Part shown: one piece after another, positions 1 to 10,747 of the stretch
Numbering within the stretch: position 1 is the first letter of the stretch
How the letters are laid out: every line of letters starts with the position of its first letter
Source: an uncultured Alphaproteobacteria bacterium
GTDB taxonomy: Bacteria > Pseudomonadota > Alphaproteobacteria > CAAHEQ01 > UBA3637
NCBI GenBank assembly: GCA_949292205.1
Contig: CASEYR010000008.1
Span: 14,382-78,381, forward strand
Reading direction: 5' to 3'
Length of the DNA stretch: 64,000 nucleotides
Notes under the pieces: generated by a model
Seen by the model: only the letters and a program-made list of their open reading frames with translations
Database searches by the model: none
Told to the model about the DNA's origin: nothing
Translations under genes and position numbers: made by a program

Positions 1-168
1 TTTAATCATCTACCGATTTTTCGCTCTATTGTCTATGCAGACGGAAGTTTAAAAATGTATGATGGAACCTTTTTAAAACCACAACGTCCGGTCACACAAA
101 AAAAAGGAGGCAAACAAACACAATCCTCCAAAAATCAAAAAAAGAATACTCGCGGGAAATAATTCACT

Positions 169-2253
169 ATGCGCCCATCTATTTTAAACTCGCTATTTAT
201 TCCCGTGGAAAATGTTCCAAGAGTGGGTTTAAAACTTGGGCGACTGGTTAAAGCGTTATGTGGACCTTGTGTATCCGATGTCCTGTGGCATCTACCGAGC
301 GGAGTTAATCACAGACCCAGAATTGAAAAACGACAAGATATTGTCTTTGGGCAGTTAGGAACGTTAGAAATTCAAGTGGTAAGTCACATTTCACCACCAA
401 CACACCGTCAACCTTATCGCATTGTATGTGAAAGTCTGGGGGAAACCTTGGAGTTAGTTTTTTTTAATTACCGGAAAAGCTATCTACAAACAAAATATCC
501 GCCCAATCAACGGCTCTGGGTATCCGGAAAAATCGAGCCTCAAGGAACCGGAATTAAAATTTTACATCCTGATTATATCGCTGACTCACCGGATAAAATA
601 CCGGTATTTGAGGTTATTTATCCTCAATCACGAGGCGTTACAAGCAAACTGTTACGCCGTATATTATCTTATGTACTGCCCGCCGTTCCCGAGTTACCGG
701 AATGGCTTGATGCGGCTTTTCAGGCAAAGAATAGATTGCCTTTCTGGACTCAAGCTCTGGACGAGGCTCATCATCCGAAAACAGAGCAAGATTTAGCCCC
801 TAAAAATCCGGCTCGGTTACGACTGGCTTACGATGAAATTTTAGCCAATCAATTAGCCTTAATGTTGATTCGGCAACAAGCAACTCGCAAAAAAGGTGTT
901 TCAATCCATCCGACCGGTTTTTTAACACAAAAGCTAATAGCCTCTCTACCCTTTCAGTTAACGAAAGCTCAACAAAGAGTCTTGATTGAAATCCAACAGG
1001 ATTTGTCTTCGGAAGCGCAAATGACTCGATTACTGCAAGGCGATGTCGGTAGTGGTAAAACAATTGTTGCACTGTTGTCCGCTTTGTCCGTTATAGAAGA
1101 CGGATTCCAAGCCGCTTTAATGGCTCCGACGGATATTTTAGCGAGACAACATTTTGCTAAAATTGAGGATTTATGCCGTCCGTTAGGTATATCTGTCGCT
1201 ATTTTAACAGCTCGCGAAAAAGGAGCGGAACGCAATCGTATTCTAACCGAATTAGCCGACGGGCGTATCCAGCTTTTAATCGGAACTCATGCCTTGTTAA
1301 CAGAACAAGTTTCTTTTCATAAATTGGGCTTAGCCATTGTTGATGAACAACACAAGTTTGGCGTCAATCAACGATTAGCTCTTATCCAAAAGCAAAAAGG
1401 AGTTAACTTATTGGTTATGACGGCAACCCCCATACCACGCAGTCTGGCTCTGACCGCTTATGGTGATATGGATAGCTCACGATTAGATGAAAAACCCGCC
1501 GGCCGACAACCGATTGAAACAAGCGTTATGCCGATTTCAAAAATTCCGGAGTTGACAGAGCGGCTTTGTGAACGAATCAGAACTTCCCCGACTAAAGTCC
1601 AAGCTTATTGGATTTGCCCTCTGGTAGAAGAATCCGAAAAAACCGATTTGGCTGCTGTCAAAAAAAGATTTTCCGAATTACAACAAGTCTTTGGAAATCG
1701 GGTCGGACTTGTTCATGGACAGATGAAGGGAGCCGAAAAAGATGCTGTTATGGAGCAATTTGCTTCCGGACAACTGGATATTCTGGTTGCAACAACAGTT
1801 ATAGAAGTGGGTGTTGATGTCAAATCCGCCACGATTATGATTATTGAGCAAGCCGAACGTTTTGGTCTGGCCGGACTGCATCAGTTGCGAGGTCGGGTCG
1901 GACGAGGTTCGGATAAGTCCTTGTGTATTTTAATGCATGGCCCCCATTTAACAGATACGGCAAAAGAAAGATTACGCATTATGCGGGAAACTGATGATGG
2001 TTTCGTTTTGGCGGAAGAGGATTTAAAATTACGAGGTGCCGGCGAGATACTGGGAACACGCCAAAGCGGATTACCGGATTTTAAAATGGCAGATATATCC
2101 GTTCAAGGAGATTTGTTGTGGACAGCGACAAAAGATGCCCAGACGATTCTATCGCTGGACCCAAAACTGGAAAGTCCTCGCGGAAAAGCCTTACGAACAC
2201 TCTTATATCTCTTTAAAAAGGACACTGAAATTCAAACATTAAAATCAGGATAA
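169..2253 (+). CDS. recG: ATP-dependent DNA helicase RecG
   Basis: 694 aa. Walker A GDVGSGKT, DEQH box, helicase C-terminal motifs (QLRGRVGRG). Length and architecture typical of RecG. Confidence 0.9.
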   Translation: MRPSILNSLFIPVENVPRVGLKLGRLVKALCGPCVSDVLWHLPSGVNHRPRIEKRQDIVFGQLGTLEIQVVSHISPPTHRQPYRIVCESLGETLELVFFNYRKSYLQTKYPPNQRLWVSGKIEPQGTGIKILHPDYIADSPDKIPVFEVIYPQSRGVTSKLLRRILSYVLPAVPELPEWLDAAFQAKNRLPFWTQALDEAHHPKTEQDLAPKNPARLRLAYDEILANQLALMLIRQQATRKKGVSIHPTGFLTQKLIASLPFQLTKAQQRVLIEIQQDLSSEAQMTRLLQGDVGSGKTIVALLSALSVIEDGFQAALMAPTDILARQHFAKIEDLCRPLGISVAILTAREKGAERNRILTELADGRIQLLIGTHALLTEQVSFHKLGLAIVDEQHKFGVNQRLALIQKQKGVNLLVMTATPIPRSLALTAYGDMDSSRLDEKPAGRQPIETSVMPISKIPELTERLCERIRTSPTKVQAYWICPLVEESEKTDLAAVKKRFSELQQVFGNRVGLVHGQMKGAEKDAVMEQFASGQLDILVATTVIEVGVDVKSATIMIIEQAERFGLAGLHQLRGRVGRGSDKSLCILMHGPHLTDTAKERLRIMRETDDGFVLAEEDLKLRGAGEILGTRQSGLPDFKMADISVQGDLLWTATKDAQTILSLDPKLESPRGKALRTLLYLFKKDTEIQTLKSG

Positions 2254-2260
2254 CAATACA

Positions 2261-2719
2261 GTGACTGTTTATTTTACGCTTCAACCCCCAGAGGTTACCA
2301 AAAAACTCCGAAAAGAATTTGACAGACGAAAATTAAATCGTGTGTTTGTTCGTTATTTATATCGAAAAGGTCTTTTGGATAAATATGCTCATGTTATAAA
2401 CCTGAGCAGAGCCGAAAAAGGTAAAATTCCTCACGGATTTGATGTTCACCACATTGTTCCGCTGTCCGGCGGTGGGCAAAACAAGCTGTCCAACTTTTGC
2501 TTAATCGAAAAATCACTCCATAAATTCATTAACAAAAAGTGTTTTGAGCCGGCTTTACGAGGTATTAAAATCGGACAGACCGTGGCCATAGAGCTCCCCG
2601 ATTTCGGGCCGATTGCTTTACGCCGAGATTATAACGGCTTTATAGACAGAAAACTGGCTCATGCCAAAGATCGTAACCGTTTTTATAATTTCTTACGTAA
2701 GTGGAGTAAAGAAAGATAA
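2261..2719 (+). CDS. HNH/AHH-type nuclease domain protein (GTG start)
   Basis: 152 aa. Core motif FDVHHIVPLSGGG...N..CLI...H matches the HNH beta-beta-alpha-metal fold. Starts 8 nt after the recG stop with a GTG start codon. Confidence 0.55.
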   Translation: MTVYFTLQPPEVTKKLRKEFDRRKLNRVFVRYLYRKGLLDKYAHVINLSRAEKGKIPHGFDVHHIVPLSGGGQNKLSNFCLIEKSLHKFINKKCFEPALRGIKIGQTVAIELPDFGPIALRRDYNGFIDRKLAHAKDRNRFYNFLRKWSKER

Positions 2720-2765
2720 AAAAACGTTAAAGTAATACTATAACATCTTTGAAAGGAGAATCATT

Positions 2766-3359
2766 ATGAAACAATTTTTAATCTTTTTAGGTATTGTCAT
2801 TGCTCTGATTGTTGGTGGCATTTTTTACTATATATCAACTTATAATCGGGCCGTCCGGTTGGATGAGGGGATTAAAGCGGCATGGAGCCAAGTTCTCAAT
2901 CAATATGAACGACGGGCGGATTTAGTTCCGAATCTGGTATCAACCGTTAAAGGATATGCCGCACACGAAAGTCGTATTTTTGAGGAAACGGCTGAAAAAC
3001 GAGCCGCTGTCGGTCAAATCCGACTCACCGCCGATGACCTAAATGATCCTGCAAAGGTCAAAGCATTTCAAGAGGCTCAAAATGCATTGGGTGGCGCTTT
3101 ATCTCGCTTACTAGCCGTTGCCGAAAATTATCCGGATTTAAAGGCAAACCAAAACTTCCTTTCTCTTCAATCTCAGTTAGAGGGAACGGAAAATCGTATA
3201 GCCGTTGCTCGCATGGACTATATTACTCTTATTCGTCAATATAACTCGTTATTAAAAAGTATTCCGGCAAAGTGGATTTTGAACGGACAGTTCAGCCTGC
3301 GTTCCGAATATACAATTGAAGAAGAAAAAAAAGCTCTACCAATCGTTCAATTTAACTAA
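2766..3359 (+). CDS. lemA: LemA family membrane protein
   Basis: 197 aa. N-terminal TM helix, then the conserved LemA block (YN..V.LDE....AWSQV.NQYERRADLVPNLV). RBS GGAGAA upstream. Confidence 0.85.
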   Translation: MKQFLIFLGIVIALIVGGIFYYISTYNRAVRLDEGIKAAWSQVLNQYERRADLVPNLVSTVKGYAAHESRIFEETAEKRAAVGQIRLTADDLNDPAKVKAFQEAQNALGGALSRLLAVAENYPDLKANQNFLSLQSQLEGTENRIAVARMDYITLIRQYNSLLKSIPAKWILNGQFSLRSEYTIEEEKKALPIVQFN

Positions 3360-3374
3360 TTCAATGGAATCAAC

Positions 3375-4313
3375 GTGAAAAAAATACTTTTTATCTTAGG
3401 CTGTTGTTTATTACCGTTCTTGTCTTGGGCTTCAGATGATTTATCGTTTCCTCGTCTAACGGGACAGGTTGTTGATGAAGCGGGGATTTTAAGCCCAAGA
3501 ACAAAACAAAAAATCTTAGCAACCATGAAGCCTCAACAACAATTCGTCGTTGTCACATTAAAATCATTGCGTGGAAAAAGCATAGAGGAATACGGTGTCG
3601 CTTTGGGACGTCACTGGGGAATCGGTGATGCCCAAAAAAATGATGGCTTATTGCTGATTATTGCTCCGAATGAACGAAAGACACGCATTGAAGTCGGATA
3701 TGGATTGGAACATATTATGACGGATGCTCAGGCTTCATATATTATACAAAACGTCTTGTTACCTGCGTTTAAAAAAAATCAATATGAGGCCGGTACATTA
3801 AATGCCGTGTACAGCATTCAACGAGTGCTGGGAGGTTTCCACTATCCTCAAGTCATCCATTTGAACAACTCCAAGAAAAATAAATCGTCCCTATCATCTT
3901 CTCTACCCCTTGTTACGGGAATCGGCTTTTTTTGGCTTCTTATGCTATTTTTTATGCCTCAGATCGTCATTAACAATCTGAAGAAAAAGAGTCTTTTGGA
4001 TGAAACGGACAGAAAAAATTTAAGGCGTGCGTATCAAATAAGATTTTTAATTATTATTTGTTTCATTTTAATGGCGTTAAATATTGTGATATGGGGCAAT
4101 GCATTAATTTGCATCGGCTTGATCATAATACCTCATCTGTTGGTTGTACTCAAATGCCAAGGCCCTGGTATTCAATCAGGACAATCTGGCGGTAAATCCT
4201 CGGGAAGAAACCACTTCGGTGGCGGAGGCGGTAGCTTCGGTGGTGGCGGAGGCAGTAGCTTCGGTGGCGGCGGTGGCAGCTTCGGAGGTGGTGGTTCTTC
4301 CGGTAGTTGGTAA
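3375..4313 (+). CDS. TPM-domain (YgcG-like) membrane protein with Gly-rich C-terminal tail
   Basis: GTG start. Signal peptide; TPM/TLP18.3 motif (GQVVDEAGILS...LIIAPNERKTRIEVGYGLE); two TM helices; C-terminal GGGGSFGGGG x3. Classic lemA-TPM gene pair. Confidence 0.8.
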   Translation: MKKILFILGCCLLPFLSWASDDLSFPRLTGQVVDEAGILSPRTKQKILATMKPQQQFVVVTLKSLRGKSIEEYGVALGRHWGIGDAQKNDGLLLIIAPNERKTRIEVGYGLEHIMTDAQASYIIQNVLLPAFKKNQYEAGTLNAVYSIQRVLGGFHYPQVIHLNNSKKNKSSLSSSLPLVTGIGFFWLLMLFFMPQIVINNLKKKSLLDETDRKNLRRAYQIRFLIIICFILMALNIVIWGNALICIGLIIIPHLLVVLKCQGPGIQSGQSGGKSSGRNHFGGGGGSFGGGGGSSFGGGGGSFGGGGSSGSW

Positions 4314-4318
4314 AAAAC

Positions 4319-4345
4319 AAAGGGGCGCATTTTAATCGTCCCTTT
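4319..4345. terminator. bidirectional intrinsic terminator between convergent TPM gene and argS
   Basis: Hairpin AAAGGGGCG-cattttaat-CGTCCCTTT, flanked by an A-run on one side and a T-run on the other. Confidence 0.55.
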
Positions 4346-4365
4346 CTCTATATCGATTTTTATTT

Positions 4366-6129
4366 TTACATCTTATCCGGTATTTGAAGCCCCAACATAT
4401 CAGCACAAGCCATAGCCAGATGTAATGTATACTTTGTCAGAGCCAACCGAGATTTCTGTGTAACTTCATCGGCTCCTTTAATCGGACAGTCATGATAAAA
4501 CAGATTGAAATCTTGGGCTAATTTAAACAAGTAGTCAGCAATGACATGAGGCGCCCGATTATCATAAGCTGTTTGAACAGAATCCGGCAAAGCATATAAC
4601 CGCAACAACAACTGGCGTTCTGCCGGTGTTGTGATCGTTATGACATCATTAGGCGTTAATTCGGCAGACACACCCAATTTTTCCAAAACGGATTTCATTC
4701 GGACAATAGCATATAAAATATACGGTCCTGTTTTTCCTTCCGTACTTGTCAGCTTATCTTCATCAAACACGTAGTTTTTCATCCGCTCATTCATTAAATC
4801 GGCAAATTTCAGAGCCGACACGCCAACGATTTTAGAAATAGCAGCCTTTTCTTCCTCGTTTAAGTCACGTCCCATTTCTCCGGCTTCCATCTTACGCCGA
4901 GCCGCCGCAACCGCCGTATCAATCAAGTAACGCAAAGTCGGAATACCGCCATCACGTGTTTTATAGGGTTTGTTATCCGTTCCGTTGATTGTTCCAAACC
5001 CTAAATGCTCCAAGCTCATCTGACCGGTTAATCCGATTTTGGAAGAAGCCGTAAATACCTGCTCAAAATGAAGCCCTTGTCTGGCATCAACAACATACAA
5101 AATAGCATCCGGATGAAACTCATCAACCCGTTCTTCTATCGTTGCCAAGTCCGTTGCCCCATACATAACAGCTCCATCCGATTTAACCATAATCAGAGGC
5201 GGTAAATCATTTCCGCTTTTTGCTTTACCCAGCGGAATAATTTCTGCCCCCTGATCCGGAATCAGAACACCGTCTTGACGCAACCGAACTATCATTTGTT
5301 GCAATCGATCATGGACATGGCTTTCACCCCGCCATAAATCAAAAGAAACCCCTAACTCACCATACAAGCTTTTAATATCGGCAACGGACAAGTCAATAAA
5401 ATGTTGCCACAAAGCACGATATCCACGATGTCCGTTCTGTAATAAACGCGTATTTTCACGCGCTCTGGCAGCATACTCTTCATCTTCTTTAGCATGCGCA
5501 CTGGCAATCGGATACATCGTTTCCAGGTCCTTGGAGGAAAAGGGAGCCTCTGTCGGATAATCTCCGGCAAACGTGTCATCAAAATAAGGAAGATCAGGAC
5601 GCTTATCCTGCAATTCGGTAATCAACAGCCCCATCGGCTTACCCCAATCACCCAAATGGACATCGGCAATAACTTTGTCCCCAACAAAGCGACAAATCCG
5701 CTTAACCGCCTCCCCGATAACAGCTGGTCGCAAATGCCCCACGTGTAACGCTTTTGCCACATTCGGACCACCATAATCCAAAACAACCGTCTTGGGCATA
5801 TCCGGACGTTCATACCCACATTCAGGATTGCTTAAGACATCAAAAGCCTGCTCCCCTAAAACAGAATTAGAAATCCGCATATTGATAAAGCCGGGACCAT
5901 CAACAGAGACAGATTCAAAAAAAGAATCGGCACGTAATTTTTCGGCTATTTTCTCGGCAATCTGACGCGGATTTTGTTTTAATGCTTTAGCCAACGGTAA
6001 AGCCCCGTTTGCTTGATAATCACTCATATCCGGACGATCCGACAACCGAACCAATGTATTTGAGGCGTCAAAACCACAGGCCGTAAAAGCCGTTGCAACT
6101 TTTTCCTTAATTTGATTTAATAAGTTCAT
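4366..6129 (-). CDS. argS: arginine--tRNA ligase
   Basis: 587 aa. Class I HIGH-like motif (HVGHLR). Global similarity pattern of ArgRS, including the N-terminal Add-1 region and the C-terminal DALR anticodon-binding region. Confidence 0.9.
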   Translation of the reverse strand: MNLLNQIKEKVATAFTACGFDASNTLVRLSDRPDMSDYQANGALPLAKALKQNPRQIAEKIAEKLRADSFFESVSVDGPGFINMRISNSVLGEQAFDVLSNPECGYERPDMPKTVVLDYGGPNVAKALHVGHLRPAVIGEAVKRICRFVGDKVIADVHLGDWGKPMGLLITELQDKRPDLPYFDDTFAGDYPTEAPFSSKDLETMYPIASAHAKEDEEYAARARENTRLLQNGHRGYRALWQHFIDLSVADIKSLYGELGVSFDLWRGESHVHDRLQQMIVRLRQDGVLIPDQGAEIIPLGKAKSGNDLPPLIMVKSDGAVMYGATDLATIEERVDEFHPDAILYVVDARQGLHFEQVFTASSKIGLTGQMSLEHLGFGTINGTDNKPYKTRDGGIPTLRYLIDTAVAAARRKMEAGEMGRDLNEEEKAAISKIVGVSALKFADLMNERMKNYVFDEDKLTSTEGKTGPYILYAIVRMKSVLEKLGVSAELTPNDVITITTPAERQLLLRLYALPDSVQTAYDNRAPHVIADYLFKLAQDFNLFYHDCPIKGADEVTQKSRLALTKYTLHLAMACADMLGLQIPDKM

Positions 6130-6367
6130 AATAATCCTTTCATATTTTGAGGGGGATTATATCCGAAGCACCCCCAAGAATCAAGCAAAAAATCAAACGG
6201 TAACTTCAAAAAAAGAGTGAAGCGTAAAGAGGCTTTCCGGATTCGCTCAATATATTCAACCTCTACAAATCAAAAAGTTTCACAACACAAAAAGACGAAC
6301 CAAAATCCACTTGATTTTAGAATGCAAAAAGAGTATAAAATCAACCATATCAAACGAGGTTTCAAAT

Positions 6368-9160
6368 ATGCAGAGTTTTATAAAAATACGAGGTGCCCGA
6401 GAACACAATTTAAAAGACATTGATGTTGATATTCCTCGGGATAAGTTAGTTGTCATAACCGGATTATCCGGATCGGGAAAATCGTCTTTGGCTTTTGATA
6501 CCATATATGCCGAAGGACAACGTCGCTATGTGGAAAGTCTTTCGGCATACGCACGTCAATTTTTGGATTTAATGAAAAAACCGGATGTTGACTTGATAGA
6601 GGGACTGTCTCCGGCAATTTCCATTGAACAAAAAACAACTTCTAAAAACCCTCGTTCCACCGTCGGAACGGTCACCGAAATTTATGACTATATGCGACTA
6701 CTTTGGGCTCGCATCGGTATTCCTTATTCGCCGGCAACGGGACTACCGATTGAAGCCCAAACCGTATCACAAATGGTTGATGCCTTAATGGCGTTAGATT
6801 GTGGTACGAAACTGATGATTTTGGCACCGGTCATTCGCTCTCGCAAAGGAGAGTATCGTAAGGAAATTTCTGAATGGCAAAAAAAGGGATTTACTCGCGT
6901 TAAAATGGATGGTGAGTTATACGAAATAGATGACACACCGGCTTTGGATAAAAACAAAAAACATGACATCTCTGTCATTGTTGATCGCGTCATTATCAAA
7001 GAGGGGTTAGAGGATCGGCTGGCTCAATCTATCGAGAAAGCTCTTGATTTAGCAGACGGGTTGGTTATTGCTGAAAATGCCGAAACACATACGGAAAAGT
7101 TGTTTTCATCTAAATTCGCCTGCCCTGTTTCCGGCTTTACGATTGCGGATTTAGAACCTCGCCTTTTTTCTTTCAATAACCCTCAAGGGGCATGCCCCAC
7201 CTGTTCAGGCTTAGGTTTTCGTCAGTATGTTGACCCTGCCCTTGTTATTCCCGACCCGACGAAGAGCATCAAGCAAGGTGCTATTGCGCCTTGGAGCCAC
7301 GGCGATGATATGTATCAATGGTATAGTATGGCATTAAAGTCTTTATTCCGAATACTACCGGAATTGGATTTAGATAAGCCATGGCATAAATTATCTCCGA
7401 AGGTTCAGCAAGCTGTTTTATACGGATATCATAAAGGGCATTCAGATTTTGAAGGTGTTATCCCAAATATGGAACGCCGATATCTGGAAACCGAATCTGA
7501 CTGGATGCGAGAGGAAATCGCAAAATATCAGGCCACCTCTCCCTGTGAAGCGTGTCACGGGGCTCGCCTAAAACCGGAGGCTCTGGCTGTTAAAGTCGGC
7601 GGAAAAAACATTTCCGAAGCGACCCATATTTCTATTGAAGGTGCCTTAAAGTGGTTTTCCGGTTTGAATGAGACTCTTTCTAAACAAAAGCAAGAAATAG
7701 CCAATCGTATTTTAAAGGAGATTATTGAACGCCTAACTTTCTTAAACAATGTCGGACTGGGCTATCTGGCGCTGGATCGGATGAGTGGTACTCTTTCCGG
7801 CGGTGAGGCTCAACGCATTCGTTTGGCAAGTCAAATCGGATCAGGCTTAACAGGCGTCTTATATGTTCTAGATGAACCCTCTATCGGTCTACATCAGCGA
7901 GATAATGATAAGCTACTTGAAACACTTACTCGACTGAGAGACTTGGGAAATACCGTGATTGTTGTTGAACACGACGAAGATGCCATTAGAACGGCTGACT
8001 ATGTCATCGACATCGGCCCCGGAGCAGGACGAAACGGCGGACATATTGTTGCGCAAGGAACGCCTCAAGAAATTATTAACAATCCGATTTCAACAACCGG
8101 ACAATTCTTATCAGGTATGCGAAAAATCATCGTTCCAAGCAAACGTCGCTCCGGCAACGGGAAGTTTTTAAGTATTGAGGGCGCTACAACAAACAATTTA
8201 AAAGATGTCAATGTTGATATCCCTTTGGGAACTTTTACCTGTGTTACAGGTGTCTCCGGAGGTGGCAAATCCTCACTGGTTATTGAAACATTGTATAAGG
8301 GATTAAATCAACTGATTAACAAATCCCGCGAACCGGCCGGTTCTTTTAAAAAAATACGTGGTGTCGGATATATTGATAAAATCATTGATATTGATCAGAG
8401 CCCCATCGGACGAACGCCTCGCTCTAATCCGGCAACTTATACAGGTATGTTTACTCTGATTCGTGAATGGTTTGCGGGTCTACCCGAATCTCAAGCACGC
8501 GGGTATAAACCAGGGCGCTTTTCATTTAATGTTAAAGGCGGTCGATGCGAAGCTTGCTGCGGTGACGGTGTACTAAAAATCGAAATGCACTTTTTACCGG
8601 ACGTTTACGTGGAATGCGATACTTGCCACGGCAAGAGGTATAATCGAGAAACTCTGGAAATAAAATATAAGGATAAATCTATTGCCGACGTCTTGGAAAT
8701 GACCATAGATGAAGCCGCTGACTTTTTTCAAAATATACCTGCTCTACATGATAAGTGTGCTTTGTTACAACACGTCGGATTAGGCTACATCTCACTGGGA
8801 CAATCGGCGGTCACACTATCCGGAGGTGAAGCTCAACGAATAAAACTCTCTAAGGAATTATCTCGTCGCAGCACAGGTAAAACACTTTATATCTTGGATG
8901 AACCAACAACAGGACTACATTTCGCCGATATTCAGAAGTTATTGGAAGTCTTGCATGCTTTGGTTGATCAAGGAAATACGGTTGTCGTCATTGAACATAA
9001 TTTAGACGTTATTAAAACGGCAGACTATATCATTGATATGGGACCGGAAGGCGGAGATGGTGGCGGACGAGTCGTCGCAACAGGCACCCCCGAACAGGTT
9101 GCCGAAAACCCCGGCAGCTATACGGGAAAATACCTGAAACGGCTCTTAGAAAAAACCTAA
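6368..9160 (+). CDS. uvrA: excinuclease ABC subunit A
   Basis: Start refined to the internal ATG ([16 protein letters not shown]...) preceded by GAGG. Two ABC ATPase modules with signatures LSGGEAQRI; zinc-finger Cys clusters. Confidence 0.93.
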   Translation: MQSFIKIRGAREHNLKDIDVDIPRDKLVVITGLSGSGKSSLAFDTIYAEGQRRYVESLSAYARQFLDLMKKPDVDLIEGLSPAISIEQKTTSKNPRSTVGTVTEIYDYMRLLWARIGIPYSPATGLPIEAQTVSQMVDALMALDCGTKLMILAPVIRSRKGEYRKEISEWQKKGFTRVKMDGELYEIDDTPALDKNKKHDISVIVDRVIIKEGLEDRLAQSIEKALDLADGLVIAENAETHTEKLFSSKFACPVSGFTIADLEPRLFSFNNPQGACPTCSGLGFRQYVDPALVIPDPTKSIKQGAIAPWSHGDDMYQWYSMALKSLFRILPELDLDKPWHKLSPKVQQAVLYGYHKGHSDFEGVIPNMERRYLETESDWMREEIAKYQATSPCEACHGARLKPEALAVKVGGKNISEATHISIEGALKWFSGLNETLSKQKQEIANRILKEIIERLTFLNNVGLGYLALDRMSGTLSGGEAQRIRLASQIGSGLTGVLYVLDEPSIGLHQRDNDKLLETLTRLRDLGNTVIVVEHDEDAIRTADYVIDIGPGAGRNGGHIVAQGTPQEIINNPISTTGQFLSGMRKIIVPSKRRSGNGKFLSIEGATTNNLKDVNVDIPLGTFTCVTGVSGGGKSSLVIETLYKGLNQLINKSREPAGSFKKIRGVGYIDKIIDIDQSPIGRTPRSNPATYTGMFTLIREWFAGLPESQARGYKPGRFSFNVKGGRCEACCGDGVLKIEMHFLPDVYVECDTCHGKRYNRETLEIKYKDKSIADVLEMTIDEAADFFQNIPALHDKCALLQHVGLGYISLGQSAVTLSGGEAQRIKLSKELSRRSTGKTLYILDEPTTGLHFADIQKLLEVLHALVDQGNTVVVIEHNLDVIKTADYIIDMGPEGGDGGGRVVATGTPEQVAENPGSYTGKYLKRLLEKT

Positions 9161-9195
9161 ACATAAACTATTTTTAGACTGCTAAAGGAGAAAGA

Positions 9196-9669
9196 ATGAA
9201 TTTATTGATTGAATATCTGGATTGCTATGATAAGAGCTGGGGCGAGTTAAGTTACAAGCACACGGATGATTCGGGCTTTGATCTTCGGGCAGCCATACCC
9301 GAACCCATAACGCTAAAACCCGGAGAGTACGCCCTTATCTCCAATGGCATTAAAATCGAGTTTGAAGGTCCCTTTCCTTTTGGAGATGACATCGGATATG
9401 AAATTCAGGTCAGACCTCGTTCGGGATTAGCCGCTAAAAACGGGATATCCATTGTAAATACGCCGGGAACCGTTGATTTCGGATATCGGGGCGAATTAAA
9501 GACAACTCTTATCAATCTAGGAACACAGGATTTTATCATCAATCCGGGAGATAGAATTGCTCAAGCCGTTGTTTGTCCGGTCATTCATCCGAAAATAATC
9601 ACCACAACCTGTGTTTCAAATAATACAACTCGCGGAACGGGAGGATTTGGCTCTACCGGCAAGGCATAG
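9196..9669 (+). CDS. dut: dUTP diphosphatase
   Basis: 157 aa. dUTPase motifs RSGLAAKNGI, DFGYRGEL and C-terminal RGTGGFGSTG. Confidence 0.85.
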   Translation: MNLLIEYLDCYDKSWGELSYKHTDDSGFDLRAAIPEPITLKPGEYALISNGIKIEFEGPFPFGDDIGYEIQVRPRSGLAAKNGISIVNTPGTVDFGYRGELKTTLINLGTQDFIINPGDRIAQAVVCPVIHPKIITTTCVSNNTTRGTGGFGSTGKA

Positions 9670-9697
9670 AAATTTCATTTAATCAAAGGGGGAGAAA

Positions 9698-10681
9698 ATG
9701 AAAAAAACCATAAAAATAAACTATATGGATTTCGGACGATATTCGGATCCGGAAAAGGAGTTCTTTACACCTTTTCTACGAAAAAGATATAATGTTGTTA
9801 TCTCGGATAAGCCGGATTATATCTTTTACACACTGGGCGGTAATACACACCACAACTTTTCGGGAATTCGTATCTTTTGGACGGGAGAAAATGTTGTTCC
9901 GAATTTCAATTACTGCGACTATGCTCTTGGCTTTCAACACATGACATTTGAGGATAGATATCATCGACTTCCCCTCTGGCGAATGTGCTTGTCCGATTTG
10001 AACAAGTCTTTAGAAAAAGGAACGACCCTATCTGATACTGCTCTTTTAAATCGTCAATTTTGTGCAACCGTTATTTCAAATGCACGCCAAACAGATGGAA
10101 AGCGAGAAGAAGCTTTTGAAAAACTATCCACATACAAAACCGTTGCCTCCGGCGGACGTTGGCGAAATAACGTCGGCGGACCGATCGCTGACAAAATAGT
10201 TTTTCAGCGTCAATATAAGTTCGCATTGGCTTTCGAAAATACATATGCTCCGGGATACACAACGGAAAAAATAATACAGGCCTTTGCCTCTGACACTGTC
10301 CCGATTTACTACGGAGATCCTCGTGTCACCGATGACTTTAATCCTGACTCTTTTATCAACGCTCATGATTTTGATACGACGGAACACTTGGTCGAGTTTG
10401 TCAAAAAAGTGGATCAAGATGACACGTTGTATTTAAAAATGATACATGCTCCGATTTTCAAAAACGGACAAATGCCGACTGATTTAACCGATGAGGCTCT
10501 TTTAAAATTCTTTGAACCGATTTTTGATGTTCCGCTTAAGGAAGCTAAAAGGCGTTTTTATGCAAAGCCCTATCAAGATATTGATTACGAAAACTTAAAA
10601 ATGCGAGACCTCAAAACAATGATTAAAACGTTCGGACAGAAACAAATTAAAAAGGTAAAGCACTTTATAATCGGCAAATAA
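9698..10681 (+). CDS. alpha-1,3-fucosyltransferase (glycosyltransferase family 10), Helicobacter FutA-like
   Basis: 327 aa. FWTGENVVPNFNYCDYALGF and YKFALAFENTYAPGYTTEKIIQAF...IPIYYGDPRVTDDFNP.SFINAHDF reproduce the GT10 motifs of H. pylori FucT. Confidence 0.85.
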   Translation: MKKTIKINYMDFGRYSDPEKEFFTPFLRKRYNVVISDKPDYIFYTLGGNTHHNFSGIRIFWTGENVVPNFNYCDYALGFQHMTFEDRYHRLPLWRMCLSDLNKSLEKGTTLSDTALLNRQFCATVISNARQTDGKREEAFEKLSTYKTVASGGRWRNNVGGPIADKIVFQRQYKFALAFENTYAPGYTTEKIIQAFASDTVPIYYGDPRVTDDFNPDSFINAHDFDTTEHLVEFVKKVDQDDTLYLKMIHAPIFKNGQMPTDLTDEALLKFFEPIFDVPLKEAKRRFYAKPYQDIDYENLKMRDLKTMIKTFGQKQIKKVKHFIIGK

Positions 10682-10747
10682 CTTGACTTTTAAAGGCATT
10701 TCGGATACGATACTTTCAATTTTCATTTATTTAAGAAAGGAACACGT

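Noticed and set aside
5352-5819. Several 65-84 aa ORFs on both strands inside argS (5352..5582, 5494..5748, 5622..5819)
   Set aside because: They are nested within a confidently called aminoacyl-tRNA synthetase gene. Frame-shadow ORFs without RBS.
6130-6367. Possible SOS (LexA) box or structured RNA in the argS-uvrA divergent intergenic region
   Set aside because: No GTTC-N7-GTTC alphaproteobacterial LexA motif found. Only a weak GGGGG/CCCCC hairpin.
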